Made by a program: the position numbers and the translations under genes
The notes under the pieces: generated by a model
What the model saw: only the letters and a program-made list of their open reading frames with translations
The model's database searches: none
What the model was told of the DNA's origin: nothing
Assembly (NCBI RefSeq): GCF_035084215.1
Contig: NC_090352.1
Span: 1,612,001 to 1,676,000 of the forward strand
Direction of reading: 5' to 3'
DNA from: Heptranchias perlo
Taxonomy: Eukaryota
Length of the DNA: 64,000 bases
In this document: piece by piece, positions 48,899 through 61,757 of the stretch
Layout: each line of letters opens with the position of its first letter
How positions within the stretch are numbered: the stretch's first letter is position 1

Positions 48899-50310
48899 AG
48901 AATCATGGAGAGGTTACAGCACGGAAGGAGGCCATTTGGCCCATCGAGTCCGTGCTGGCTCTATGCAAGAGCAATCCAGCTAGTCGCACTCCCCTGCCCT
49001 ATCCCCGTGGCCCTGCAAATTTTTTACTTTTGAGTACTTATCCAGTTCCCTTTTGAAGGCCATGATTGAATCTGCCTCCACCACCCCCTCAGGCAGTGCA
49101 TTCCAGATCCTAACCACTCGCTGCGTAAAAAAGTTTTTCCTCATGTCACCTTTGGTTCTTTTACCAATCACCTTAAATCTCTGCCCTCTAGTTCTTGACC
49201 CTTCTGCCAATGGGTACAGTTTCTCTCTATCTATCTCTGTCAAGACCCTTCATGATTTTGAACACCTCTATCAAATCTCCTCTCAACCTTCTCTGTTTCA
49301 AAGAGAACAACCCCAGCTTCTCCAGTCTATCCATGTAACTAAAGTCCCTCATCCCTGGAATCATTCTAGCAAATCTCTTCTGCACCTCTCTAAGGCCATC
49401 ACATCTTTCCTAAAGAGCGGTGCCCAGAACTGGACACACTACTCCAGTTGTGGCTGAACCAGTGTTTTATAAAAGTTCATCATGACTTCCTTACTTTTGT
49501 ATTCTATGCCTCCATTTATAAAGCCCAGGATCCCGTATGCTTTTCTAACTGCTTTCTCAACCTGTCCTGTCACCTTCAACAATTTGTGCACTTATACCCC
49601 CAGATCTCTCTGTTCCTGTACCCCTTTTAGAATTGTGCCCTCTAGTTTATATTGCCTCTCCCTGTTCTTCCTACTGAAATGTATCACTTCACATTTTTCT
49701 GTGTTAAATTTCATCTGCCACATGTCCACCCATGCCACCAATCTGTCTCTATTCTCTTGAAGTCTATCACTGTCCTCCTCACTGTTCACTACCCTTCCAA
49801 GTTTAGTGTCATCTGCAAAGTTTGAAACTGTGCCCTGTACACCCAAGCCCAAGTCATTAATTTATATCAAGAAAAGCTGTGGTCCTAGTACCGACCCCTG
49901 AGGAACACCACTGTACACCTCCCTCCAGTCTGAAAAACAACCGTGCACCACTACTCTCTGCTTCCTGTCACTTAACCCTGTATCCATGTTGCTTCTGCCC
50001 CCTTTAGTCCATGGGCTGCAATCTTGATGACAAGCCTACCATGCGGTACTTTATTAAACGCCTTTTGAAAGTCCATATACACCACATCAACTGCATTGCC
50101 CTCATCTACCTTCTCTGTTACCTCATCAAAAAACTCTATCAAGTTAGTTAAACACTTAGGGAAGTTAGGGAAAGCCAGTAACTGTTAATTCTGTCCCAGA
50201 TTATCGTTTCTAAAAGTTCCCACCACCGGGGTTTAGCTGACTGGCCTGTAGGTGCTGGGTTTATCCGTACACCCTTTTTTGAACAAGGGTGTAACATCTG
50301 CAATTCTCTA
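48899..50310 (-). mobile_element. CR1 LINE with an internal deletion near 50155-50200
   Basis: FADDTKLGRVVNSEEDSDRLQ, KFNTEKCEVIHF, SRTRGQRFKVIGKR, RKNFFTQRVVRIWNALP. Confidence 0.92.
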
Positions 50311-50659
50311 TTTCTGTTGTATTGACCACAGAATTTTTGGTCTAATTTTGAGGGTAAATTGAATATTTCATCAAAGAACATGGGCAGTTGCTGATTCAGT
50401 TGAAGTGCCTCATGGCATCACCTGAACGTGGTACAACGTGTACAGTGCCTTCACTGTCTAGATAAAACACTTCTGTAAATTGAAAGGCCAGTTCAATTTT
50501 GCACAAGGCAATAGTTGGACAGAACAAAGACAGATGATTTAAGTAATGATGGGAAATCCTTCCATTTTTGGAAGTCATAAGCATTACTGGCAGATCCCCA
50601 TTATGTTCATAGTGGATACATCACAGGAGGAGGCCATTCAGCCCACCGTGCCTGTGCTG

Positions 50660-50865
50660 ACTCACCTGCTGGCATCTGTTCCCTGGGTGCTCCCCTGTCC
50701 GACTGACAGCCAGCCTGTCAACCTGGCTGGCTGTTGGGTGGGAAACCCAAAGGAAAAAATTGAAAGATGTCCTTACGTCAAAATAGTAAGGACATCCAGG
50801 AAACCCGTACTTCTGGGTTTCCTGTCACGAATCCCCCCCTTCCCGGCTTCCCATTAAAATTTACC
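50660..50865. mobile_element. Possible terminal fragment of a Harbinger-type MITE with three short palindromes
   Basis: Three 10-11 bp inverted repeats; ACTTCTGGGTT is shared with the Harbinger subterminus at ~6367. Confidence 0.4.
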
Positions 50866-51289
50866 TTTTTATACCTGATATGTTCCTCCGGGATGTGCTA
50901 AGGAGTGCATTGTTTAGCTTGTTTGGATGAATACCTTTCTGGGCAGGTTGATGTTCAGATAAATTTTGCTTGTGTAGGCTGTTATATAATGCAGGTCACC
51001 CAGGATTCTCTTGCTTATTGCCTGTTAATTCTGACATGAAACTGAATCACATCACTCTGCTTCTAGCATCAGCAGTTCTATTATGGTTCATGATTGGATC
51101 TTTTCTGTTTTGAGGTTCCTTACATTCAGAGAAAATGAGCAAAAATATAAAAACATAAAAAAGCTTTGTGAAATGATGTAGATCCAGTTTTAAGCTGCTG
51201 AACAGAAAAGTTATTTAACATGCAACCTGAACTTCATATTGATAGAAAGTTAGGAGATAAAGAGGTTATGGCTAATGGGTGTTGCTCAG

Positions 51290-52242
51290 ATTGAAGAGTA
51301 CCCCATGGCTCGTCAATCCCCATGGGTCAGTGCCAGATTCACTTTTTGTTCTCAATATACAGTGTATAGATGATTTAGACTTGGGTATAGTGAGCACGAT
51401 ATCAGCAAAAAGTGGGGGATTTGGCAAACATGAGGATGATTGTACAAGACTTCAGGAGGACATAGGTTAGTCGAATGGGAATACAGGTGGCAGATGGAAT
51501 GTAATGTGGAGAAGTGTGAGGTAACACATTTTATGAGGAAAACAAGTAATGGGAGTATACAATTAATGAAAATCTGCTGAAGGATGTGGATGCTCAGTGA
51601 GACCCAGGGCTTCAAATACATAATTCCTTGAAAGTGCAAGTGCAGGTAGATAAAGCCAATAACGTTTTGGGTTTCATGAAGAGCAAAGAGATAATACATT
51701 TGTATAAGGTTAGGCCTGAGTTTGAGTACCATGTCCAGTTTTGAGAGCCCCATTATCAAAAGGACATTAAAGCCATAGAGAACGTACAGTGTAGATTCAC
51801 CAGGATGATGCCAGCGATGGAAACTATAGCTATGAGGAGAGACTTGTGATACTGGGATGACTTCCACTGGAGCAATGGCTAAGAGCAAATTTAATAGATT
51901 TTTTTTTAGTTATGAAGGGTTTTGAAAGGATGAATAGGAACAGGCTATTTCCTCTGGTGGGTGAGTCAGTGATGAGGGATCATCAACTTATAAAAGTCAC
52001 AGAGCAAGGAGAGAGATTAGGAGAAATTTCTTAATGTAATGTTATTGCAGCATGGAATGCTTTGATACAGGGAGTATTGAAGTGGAGATCTTTGCATATT
52101 TTAAAGGAAAAGTAGATAAATATTTGAAGCAGAAGACGACACAGGGCAGTGTGATGAGTTTTGGATTGGTCTTGCAAAGAGCCGGCACAGACACGATGCA
52201 TTGAATGACCTCCTTCTGCGCTGTAAACCTCAATCATTCTTA
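51290..52242 (+). mobile_element. Decayed CR1 LINE
   Basis: PHGSVPDSL..IDDLDLG..DCTRLQEDI; WQMECNVEKCEVTHF; CR1 3' UTR. Confidence 0.85.
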
Positions 52243-54140
52243 AAAATTCCATTTAAAATTTTGTTTCTGGTTTGTGGTTTATGGCTGGATTTCTTCTACT
52301 GCATAACACATGGTGCATTTTAATTCCCGTGAAATTGTGGGATTTATATGCTGGTCACTGAATTGTTACTGTACCTTCTACATGTAAAACTGAAGACAAA
52401 ATATATTTTGAGGATGGTGAAGTTCAAGTATCCATGTTTCCCCCTTCCACCGCTCCCCCTGCCCACAAAAGTAACCAGACGATTTAGTAGTTCTAACAAT
52501 GGAAGAGGATTTGTTACAAATAATTCATTGTAGTGTGTCAGGTCCTCTGGCGCCTTCCAGAAGGACCTCACCATAGTTAGTCATTAAAGCTGTTATGCTC
52601 TCCTGATCCTGCAATGTCTTATAAATCAGAAACCTTTTGTACTGGATTTTAAGAGTTTTCCTGCTGTAGAAATCCTGGTTACGATTATAGGTGTGCCCAA
52701 TTATATAAGCCCAAATGGCTGCCTAGTTAATTTTATTTGAACAAATAAAAATAGAATTTCTAAAGGAACTTAAATTTATGGAGCTACAGGATTTTGTTTT
52801 TACTGTAAATTGGATACATTATTCATTGACCTTTTCATACAGTGAGTGATTATACTTCAACAGCTAGTTTTGGATTAACTTTTATATAGTGAAGGAAACA
52901 AATATTTTTGACACACTTTTAAGCCAGTCTAATGAAGAAAAACCACAAGATGATTCAGTGAATCTGTAATCGAGTCAGTCAAGCAAAGCTCCTTGTGCTG
53001 TCACTGCAGAATATTCATGGTTCTCCCACATTTAGAATGTTTCTATATGGATTGTTTTTTGTGAGCTTTGATTGTCATTGCCCAGGACCAACTAAACACG
53101 TGGTTGTCTGGCAGCCATTTTAACTACAGAATTTGGCTTATTGTAGTTGGAGCGTAGCAAATTTAAGTCCAAGTTTAAGTGTCCTGTGCTTCTGTAGCTG
53201 TTGTGGGCTTTTGGGCAGTTGGATTTTTTTCTCAGCTGGGCCAATTATTTTCCTGATTTTGAATTTCGACTGACTACCTTGTTGCTTTTGTGCAGAATTT
53301 AAATATCTGGGCAAAGATTGGTTTGCCAAACAAACATTTTGGTAATGGAACTGACACAGACACGATGGGCCAATGGCCACCTACTGTGTTGCAAAGTTCT
53401 ACAGTTAACAAGAGCAGTGAATTATTCTTAATTGAGTTTACGATCTTTCTTTTTCCTGGTGGTGATGATGGGGAGGGTGGGGGAGTAGGGATAATTGCAA
53501 GGTTGCTTAAGGGCAGAGGGAATAACAGAACACCTGTTCTAAAATTAAAGACAGTTGGAGATAGGGAAGCAGCTTCTTGAAGGACCTTGACCCTTGTCGG
53601 CCTGCACCTAAATTCTCTGGGCTTGGGTAATTTGGAAGTGCACTCCATATGAGGCAAACAGAAAGTGAGTACGAAAATGAGTACTTCAGTGAATTTTTCA
53701 GTAGTTTGGTTTGAAATCTCTTAAGCATGGTGATGAGTTTCTACATGTGTCAGACTGAATAATAGAAAAAATAATTTGATTGGAGCCATTGGACTGGGAT
53801 GAACATCTGAGAATTTGGATAAAGGATGAATGGTGCAGCTAGACAGCCTGCAGTATGCCTGTTTAAATAATTTATTACTGGACAGCAATGAAAACTTTTA
53901 CATGCACTGAGGTGATGCCATCACTTCAGATAAGGCCTCGTGACCCTCAGCCTAACTATATTCAAAATATTTTTATACTCTTAAAAGAAAGACCCCAAAC
54001 GCCTCATTGCTTAAAAAGATCTTTCTTCCATTGTGTTCATTTGAATCATGCTTGCGATATGACTTGGCTAAACTGTTGATCTTGAGGAGTGGAAGTCCTT
54101 TTGAGATTTAGTGCACAGGGTGTACCCCATGACAGATTAG

Positions 54141-54398
54141 TGTAAGGAATCTTACAACACCAGGTTATAGTCCAACAGTTTTATTTGAAAATCACAAGCT
54201 TTCGGAGGCTTTCTCCTTCGTCAGGTGAGTGTGGGATTCCATGAATGGTACCGCATATATAGTCAGAGAACAATGCCTGGTAATTACAGATAATCTTTCC
54301 AACTGCCCGTTATCAAGGCAATCAAAGGAGTTGAATAGTGTTCAGACAGAGAGGCATTACATACAGGACTACTGAATATACAAACGGTCAGAACCCAA

Positions 54399-54433
<35 letters not shown>

Positions 54434-54480
54434 TCCGAAAGGAAGAGAAAGAGAGAGAATGACCAGCTGTATTAAAAACA
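54141..54480 (-). mobile_element. Solo PLE pseudo-LTR
   Basis: Colinear with 1370-1714 including the (CT)n tract and terminal ggactataacctggtgttgtaagattccttaca. Confidence 0.92.
54192..54228 (-). ncRNA. Minimal type-I hammerhead ribozyme motif
   Basis: TCAC-CTGACGA-A-GGAG(aaagc)CTCC-GAA-AGCT-T-GTGA on the minus strand. Confidence 0.85.
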
Positions 54481-55160
54481 GGAAGTTAAGATAATGGACC
54501 AACCATATTGTACCCTTATGCAGTGATGTGGAAGAGCAGAGGGGTTCGGGAATTAAAAGCAGCAACTTGCGGATAAGGCCATAAAAAAAGCAAATGGAAG
54601 AATACTGGGTTTTCTAGAAAGAGGTATGGAACATAAAAGTCAAGATGTAATGGTGAATCTGCACAAAACCTTAGTAAGACCACAGTTGGAGGACTGTATG
54701 CAATTTTAGGCTCGACACTATAGGAAGGATGAGGAGGCAATAGAGAGGGTACAGTGCAGATTTACACTGGATGCTGCCTGGTATGAGGAAGTACAAAAAT
54801 GGAAAATTGGGGCTGTTTTTGTTAGAACAGAGGAGACCACAGGGTGATCTGACAGAGGTATTTAAAATTATGATGGGATGTGACAGGGTAGATAGAAACA
54901 GACTGTTTCCAGTGGCTAAGGACAAGGGGACAGAGACATAAGATTAAATGTAAGAGATTTAGGACAGAGAACTGGAGAAATCCTTTTACGCAGAGGGCTG
55001 TGAGGCTGTGGAATGCACGACTGGAGTTAGTGATTGAAGCAGAGACCAGGTCAACATTTAAGAGTAGGTTAGATAGGTGGTTGAAGGAAAGGGTGATAAA
55101 AGGAGATGGGAACACGGGGTTAGTGTACTGCTCATGTGGAGGATAAACACCAATATGTAA
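54481..55160 (+). mobile_element. Decayed CR1 3' portion
   Basis: Remnants of LVRPQLEDCMQF and RRNPFTQRAVRLWNA; same subfamily as 36000-36415. Confidence 0.85.
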
Positions 55161-55339
55161 TATGTAGTTGCACGTGTTGGATCCCTCATACAATGGAATT
55201 GGGGCTGGTATTTAATATACTCTGGGGTCATCCTGAGTTGGTTGAATCCTTTCGTATTCTCACATCATCAGTGAGAATGGTGATTAAAAACCTCTACCTA
55301 TAGTGCAAATTAAAAAGTGCATTGAACATCTTAAAACTA

Positions 55340-55828
55340 TCATCCATGCAGGTCTTGTCTAGCCAGAAGACTCCATATAGGGTGATCTCCGCGAGTACTT
55401 TTCTTAAGTAGCAAATAAGAGAACCTCTCCTAAATAGGGAGACATGCTTCTGTATTTAACTGTTAGAAAAAGGTAAACCAGATTCTAATAGCTGATCTCA
55501 TACAGATTCTCCTTACGCTCTCACTGGAGCTCTGTTTGCAGCAATGATCAATTGAAGAGGTTTCTGATAGTTGTTGCTAACACTGCATCCTCTTGAACTG
55601 GGCACCAGCTGAACCTGCAGGATGACAAATACATTCAAGTGCTTTTTAACATCTAGCATCCTGGTAAAAGGTGAGGCTTGATGGTGGGTGGAGGGGGTGA
55701 TAAATACTTTAAATACAGGAGCATGTCTCCCTATTTAGGAGAGGTTCTCTTTTTTGCCACTTAAGAAAAATACTCATGGAGATCACCCTATATGGAGTTT
55801 TCTGGCTAGACAAGACCTGCGTGGATGA
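55340..55828. repeat. Long inverted repeat: 120-bp arms (55340-55459, 55709-55828), 249-bp spacer
   Basis: Ungapped alignment by eye gives 8 mismatches in 120 bp. Confidence 0.92.
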
Positions 55829-58174
55829 CAGATTCATTGGGTTCATCTCTGGCTGCCATTAGTTGAGGAGGAACCGGCATCTCTCCTGGTGATGGATGCC
55901 AGTCCCGGTGTTCAAATGTAGCTGAAAAGTTCAGTACCGACTCATAGAAATTACATGCTCAGCTGTGTCCTATGCCCCTAGTAGTTTGTATTCGAAGACT
56001 TCTAATTCTGAAAAATATGAAGTAATTTTTGAAGTGAGTATGTCTACATGAGTTGTAGCTGGTTGTCAGGGTAAAGTTGCTGTGTATGACCGGATTTTAG
56101 GCAAATGAATAAATATAATTGTAGAGGAAAAACATTTTCTCTTACTCCACATTTACACAGTGTACTTGTTGCAGTATGAGGTTGAAATATGAATTGTCAG
56201 TTTAAATTGATAGCCAACATATTGAAAGTTGACTATAATTTGCCCTTTGAGAATAGTAATACAGAGAGGCAGATGGGTTTTCAGAGTAACAAATTACAGT
56301 GTATATATAGTTGTGGCTTTTGAACACCTTCACCTTCATTGTAGAACAGCCACCGATATCTGTTATCCAGATTGGAACACCAACACACATAACCATGGTA
56401 AAGAACATCCTCACAAAGATTGGTGACAGGCAGGGGAGGAAATACCAGACATGTACGGATGCAGGATAGCGGTGAACAGAATTGTTTGCAGTTGGTCACA
56501 TTGCAGTTTAAACGTGGCATGTGAGAAATTTGTTGGCCATTTGTGGCCATTCTTTTATGGCGGATCCAGTTTTTGTAAACTTTTTTAAGAGGTAACGAAA
56601 ATGCAATTTGTGTATTAAATTTATATCAAAATTGAGAAGACAATTGTCTTACCCCTGCTTTTTTTATTCTAAACCTATACATCCTATTACAGTTTAAAAG
56701 TAGGACACCATAATTGGCAGTTGTAGGATGTAACTTAGAAGTCTTAACCTATTATAAAAGCAAACGTTTATATTGTGACAACAGCATCAGAAAAAGTGCA
56801 TCTTCTAGGAGTAGTGCAGCAACAAGACTGTATGTCTTGTTTCTTGATTTTTTGGCATGAGTGGGATTGGAGGTAAAGGTTCACTGGGAATCCAGAGATA
56901 TAATCTCTACATTTTCTCATGTAGATTGTTTACATCTTGGCTATCTACCTGTCACGTATTGCATCTTAATTCTGAGAGTAGCAGATCAGCGCACCCACAG
57001 TAAGGTTAACAGGCTTTTGTTAATGGGGATTGAATGATTTACATTTTGATATTGTACTACTTTATCATAAGCAACAACACGTGCTAGACCATGTTCCTCC
57101 TATTTTGTATCCTCATAGATGATGTGCTGCCAGCTCAAGACATTCAGTTTTATAAAGGGAAAGCAGATATACAGTAAACAAAGAGCCGAGACAGCTTGTT
57201 GTTATCAGAAACTGGGAGATTACTTGTTACTGCCCACAGCCAAACTGATGGGTGCAATGTTTTCAGTCAATTTGTTTCTCATTTTCACATTAGGGCTGGA
57301 ATTGTTTGCAAAATGTTGCAACATCAGCAGTTATTCTGATTTTAATTGATTTTATTCTTACAGAAATCATAGCCAACTTCTCAGTCAGTTAGCACACAGT
57401 TGAACCTCACAGCAATTTGGTTTTTGCTTTGTGTAAAATGCATCATATCAACATAGTTTTACATTCTCTAACACCCTTTCTAATCATGTTAAAACCGTGC
57501 ACTTGAAATAAAAGATCCATCTATTTAAAAAAGCAGCTGATTTGTCAGGTTTTTTTGTCCATTAAAGGTGTAAATTAATGAAACTTATCCCAATAATTAA
57601 TGAGATTAATTATTACAGCAGTGGTTCAGATGCACCTTTACAATCATTTGTGTCTGTCAGATAGACCTCTAACATTAGTACGTGGGTTTTAAATTTAAGA
57701 CGCAAGTTTACTGCTTTGGTTTGAGCCATGTTCCTGACAATTGAATGAGACTTGCCAATATTTAAGGGTTTGTATTAAAGGAAGTATGGTATTTCCTTGA
57801 CAGAAACCCTTTATTTGAAACATTGAGCAGCTGTCCTTTATTAAGTGCCTAATCACTTCCTTCTAACAATGTGCTTTAGCCTTCTGCAGGTTGTGATTTT
57901 AACTGTTTCAGAACCAACTGCTTATATATCATTCTTAATTTCATTTAAAGCAAAGAATAATTTGTACAATTAACTAACATTTTGGTTACATCAACAATAA
58001 AAGCTAATAAGTATCTTAAAAAAACACAAAATTCAAATCCTGTGAAATTGAAGAATTTTTTAATTTTTCTGCATTCTACAGTATGATAAAAAGATCAATC
58101 TGTGAATGTTTATTGACAGCGTTATAAAGAATTGGAAGAAATTGTGGATCCACAACAATTCTTCAGTTGCAGTA

Positions 58175-59362
58175 CATAAGAACATATGAGTTAGGAGCAG
58201 GATTAGGCCATTTGGCCCTTCAAGCCTGCTCCGCCATTCAACGAGATCATGGCTGATCTGATTCTGGCCTCAACTCCACTTTCCCGCATGTTCCCCATAT
58301 CCTTTGACTCCCTTGCTGATCAAAAATTTGTCTAACTCAACCTTGAATATATTCAATGACTCAGCCTCCATCGCTCTTCGGGTAGGCAACACAGTCTTCG
58401 GGACTAACCGTCTTGGCTGCAGAGAACAGTATCTATCCCCCTAACTATACTGTCGCTACTACTACCACCTTCCTTTTTATTCCCTCCCACTTGAATAGCC
58501 TCCTGTACCATGGTGCCGCGGTCAGTTTGCTCATCCTACCTGCAGTCCTTGCTCTCTTCCATATGGCCTGCAAGAACCTCGTAACTGTTAGACAAGTGCA
58601 GGGGCCGAGGCTCCTGCAATGCTACCTCCTGGATCCCCGTACCTGCCCCACTTGCAGTCACACTTTCCTGTTCCTGACCACGGGCCAAATCTAAAGTGTC
58701 CAGGTAACTTTCTCCCTCCCTAATATATCGCAAAGTCTGCAGACACTTACTGCAGATATGTCCAGTAGCTCCCACATGTTGCAGCTGCAAGACATCTCCT
58801 GCCCTGCCATATCTATAGTATTTATTTAATTAATTACATCACTGTCAATCAAATTATTTATAAATTTGATGTAACTAACCTTGTTTAATTTATTTAATTA
58901 AGTTTAGTTAATTATAAATTTAGTTTTATACTATACGGTTTAACTGTAACTTAGCCCACAGTCCTAAGAAAAAGAAATACTCACCACCAATCACCCACCT
59001 GCTTTACCTGTGACGTCACTCTTCTGCTTTTTATCAGAATGCGGTCGGTCCGCTCTCGCTCTGCGCTGTTTTTATCGCTGTTTCCCGCTGCTCTGGTGAA
59101 CTCTTGCTCTGCGCTGTTTTTATCCCCGCTCCACGCTGTTTTTATCCCCACTCCACGCTCGCTGTTTCCCGCCGCTCTGGTGAACTCTTGCTCTGCGCTG
59201 TTTTTATCCCCGCTCCACTCTCGCTGTTTCCCGCCGCTCTGGTGAACTCTTGCTCTGCGCTGTTTTTATCCCCGCTCCTCTCTCGCTGTTTCCCGCTGCT
59301 CTGGTGAACTCTCGCTCTGTGCTATTTTTAATCCCCGCTCCACTCTCACTGTTTCCCGCCAC
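58175..59362 (-). mobile_element. Bipartite CR1: 5' UTR and ORF1 start joined to 3' end
   Basis: 3' UTR 58175-58385; ORF1 remnant HICSKCLQ..EGESYLD..LHLSNSYEVL 58430-58810; 5' region with tandem repeats. Confidence 0.75.
59053..59362. repeat. 62-bp tandem repeat, about 4.5 copies
   Basis: gctgtttcccgccgctctggtgaactcttgctctgcgctgtttttatccccgctccactctc recurs at 59161, 59223 and 59285. Confidence 0.92.
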
Positions 59363-59802
59363 TCCTACCCCATAAAGAATTAATCATCAAGGAATATTTA
59401 TAATTTTTGCACCCTGTAATCATACCCTATTGCTAGTGGAAGTGCTCAATTTTCCACCTCGCTCCTATCAGTTCACCTCCCATTCACATTCCCACTACCC
59501 CAATCTCTTTGAATTACCTGCTCAACCCCTGTGTCTTCCTCTCCCCCTAGCTCTGCTGTCACTTATTTCACCCTTAAACCTTCTATCCATTCCGTCCCTC
59601 AATCCCACTCCCTCCATTAAGAGCAGATGATGATACTAGAGGCCCCTCTCACCCTAGGCCTTTTTCCATTCTCCCCTTCCCTCCCTTTCTCTCCCACCCT
59701 CCCTTTCTACCCTACCTGTTTCCCTCAGAGACTTTGTTGGCTTTAAAAATTCAAATTTTTTTTTAAACAGAAATCAAATTAGAATGAAGAAAGAAACTAT
59801 GA

Positions 59803-60016
59803 GTCTCTCTCTCTCTCTCCTCTTCCTCCCCCCTCTGTCTTATAGGTATTAGAGATTCTGTCTTATAGGTGTAAATGATTGGCTAACTGTCAATACAACA
59901 CAGGTGAGACGATTAGCTGGCTTCAAAATTCAACTGGTGTTTTGAAAATTGAATTAACATAATGTGAAAAAGTTTCTCTCTTCTTCCCCACCTCCCTCTC
60001 TCCTTTCACTGTGTGT

Positions 60017-60048
<32 letters not shown>
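59803..60048. repeat. (CT)n and (GT)n microsatellites
   Basis: (CT)n at ~59804-59820 and 60020-60047; (GT)n at 60010-60019. Confidence 0.85.
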
Positions 60049-60049
<1 letters not shown>

Positions 60050-60204
60050 CAATGTAACACACCGTTTTAAGTTTATAGAACATTAAACAATAGCTATAGT
60101 AAGTGTTAAATGTATTTTTTTGCACGTACACATTTAAAAAAAAATCCCTCAATATAAATTTTACTTCAGTAAAGGCTTGTTCTTCAAAATTATTATTGTA
60201 TGTT

Positions 60205-60305
60205 GATAGGGTACGATGAAGTAAGGAGGCTTGTGAGGAGCATAAACACCAGCATAGAGCTGTTTGGCCGAATGGCCTGCTTCTGTGCTGTAAATACTAT
60301 GTAAA
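60205..60305 (+). mobile_element. CR1 3' UTR fragment
   Basis: gaggagcataaacaccagcatagagctgtttggccgaatggcctg, as at 18885-18945. Confidence 0.7.
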
Positions 60306-60574
60306 AGCTACTGACCAGAAAGTGCTAGAAGCTGAAGAAAAATATTCCAACGGCACTAATACTTCCTGGGAAAGTAGGTACGCTGCACATGCTCAGAGTA
60401 CACATTCTGCACATACTGAATTTGTAATCTTAGCCACGCCGTTGTTACAAGGCACGAAGGAGATGTGTACCTCTATACGGGGGCAACTTGTCTAGCCTGC
60501 TCCTGGGTACCTTACGGTATTAGTAGAGGCTAGGGAGTAGGTTTCCTAGCTGTTCTTTTACAGGGATGGTGCAA

Positions 60575-61515
60575 CACCTACATGCTTCCCCTGAGCGACA
60601 TCATCCGAAAACACGTCAAGTTCCACATGTACACTGAAAACACCCAGCTCTATCTCACCACCAACTCCTTCAACCCCTTCACTGTCTCTCATTTGTCACA
60701 CTGCTTATCCAAACAAAAATTTCCTCCAACTGAATTGGGAAGACCGAAGCCATTGTCTTCATTCCCTAGCCACTGACTCCATCCCTCTCTCTGGCCACTG
60801 TCTGAGGCTGAACCAGACCGTTCACAACCTTGGCGTCCTATTTGACCCTGAGATGAGCTTCTGACCACACATCCGCTCCATCACCAAGACCGCCTACTTT
60901 CACTACCGCAGTATCACCCGTCTCCGCCCTGCCTCAGTTCGTCTGCTGCTGAAATCCTCATCCATGCCTTTGTTACCTTTAGACTTGACTATTCCAATGC
61001 TCTCATGGCTGGTCTCCCATCTTCCACCCTCCATAAACTTTTGACCTCATCCAAAATTCTGGTGCCCGTATCCTAACTCGCACCAAGTCCCATTCACCCA
61101 TCGCCCCTGTGCTCGCTGACCTACATTGGCTCCTGACCCGGGAATGTCTCGATTTTAAAATTCTCATCCTTGTTTTCAAATCTCTCCATAGCCTCACCCC
61201 TCCCGATCTCTGTAACCTCCTCCAGCCCTACAACCCTCCGAGATCTCTGCGCTCCTCCAATTCTGGCCTCTTGCACATCCCCAATTTTAATCGCTTCATT
61301 GTTGGCGGCCGTGCTGCCTAGGCCCTAAACTCTGGAATTCTCTCCCGAAACCTCTCCGCCTCTCTACCTCTCGCTCCTCCTTTAAGAGGCTCCTTAAAAT
61401 CTACCTCTTGTCACCTGTCCTAATGTCTCCTAATGTGGCTTGATGAAAATCGCTCCTGTGAAGCGCCTGGGGACATTTTACTATGTTAAAGATGCTATAT
61501 AAATTGTTGTTGTTG
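60575..61515 (+). mobile_element. 5'-truncated L2 LINE with 18-bp TSD
   Basis: MLPLSDIIRKHVKFHMYTENTQLY, LADLHWL, FKILILVFKSLH; (TTG)n tail; TTTACAGGGATGGTGCAA at 60557-60574 and 61516-61533. Confidence 0.93.
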
Positions 61516-61720
61516 TTTACAGGGATGGTGCAAGATGTAGGAAGACTAAATGGTGGAAAAATAACAACGTTAGCCTCAGGTTAGGGGTCTGCAAAGGTGC
61601 TATCTTAGTTTTAAAGGACATGTAAATTAACACTATGTCCAAAGTGGTAAGTTGCGTGCCACTTTTCAACAGTAAGGAGTTGCACAACACCAGGTTATAG
61701 TCCAACAGCTTTATTTGAAA

Positions 61721-61757
61721 TCACAAGCTTTCAGAGCTTTGCTCCTTCGTCAGGTGA
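61721..61757 (-). ncRNA. Minimal type-I hammerhead ribozyme motif (left arm)
   Basis: TCAC-CTGACGA-A-GGAGC(aaa)GCTCT-GAA-AGCT-T-GTGA on the minus strand. Confidence 0.83.

Noticed and set aside
56345-56397. Candidate 53-nt exon (ttgtag|...ATG|gtaaag)
   Set aside because: Splice-like flanks, but the translations are unrecognisable and no partner exons were found; expected by chance in 64 kb.
59053-59362. Regularly spaced repeats as a CRISPR array
   Set aside because: Contiguous 62-bp tandem units with no unique spacers, in a vertebrate LINE context.
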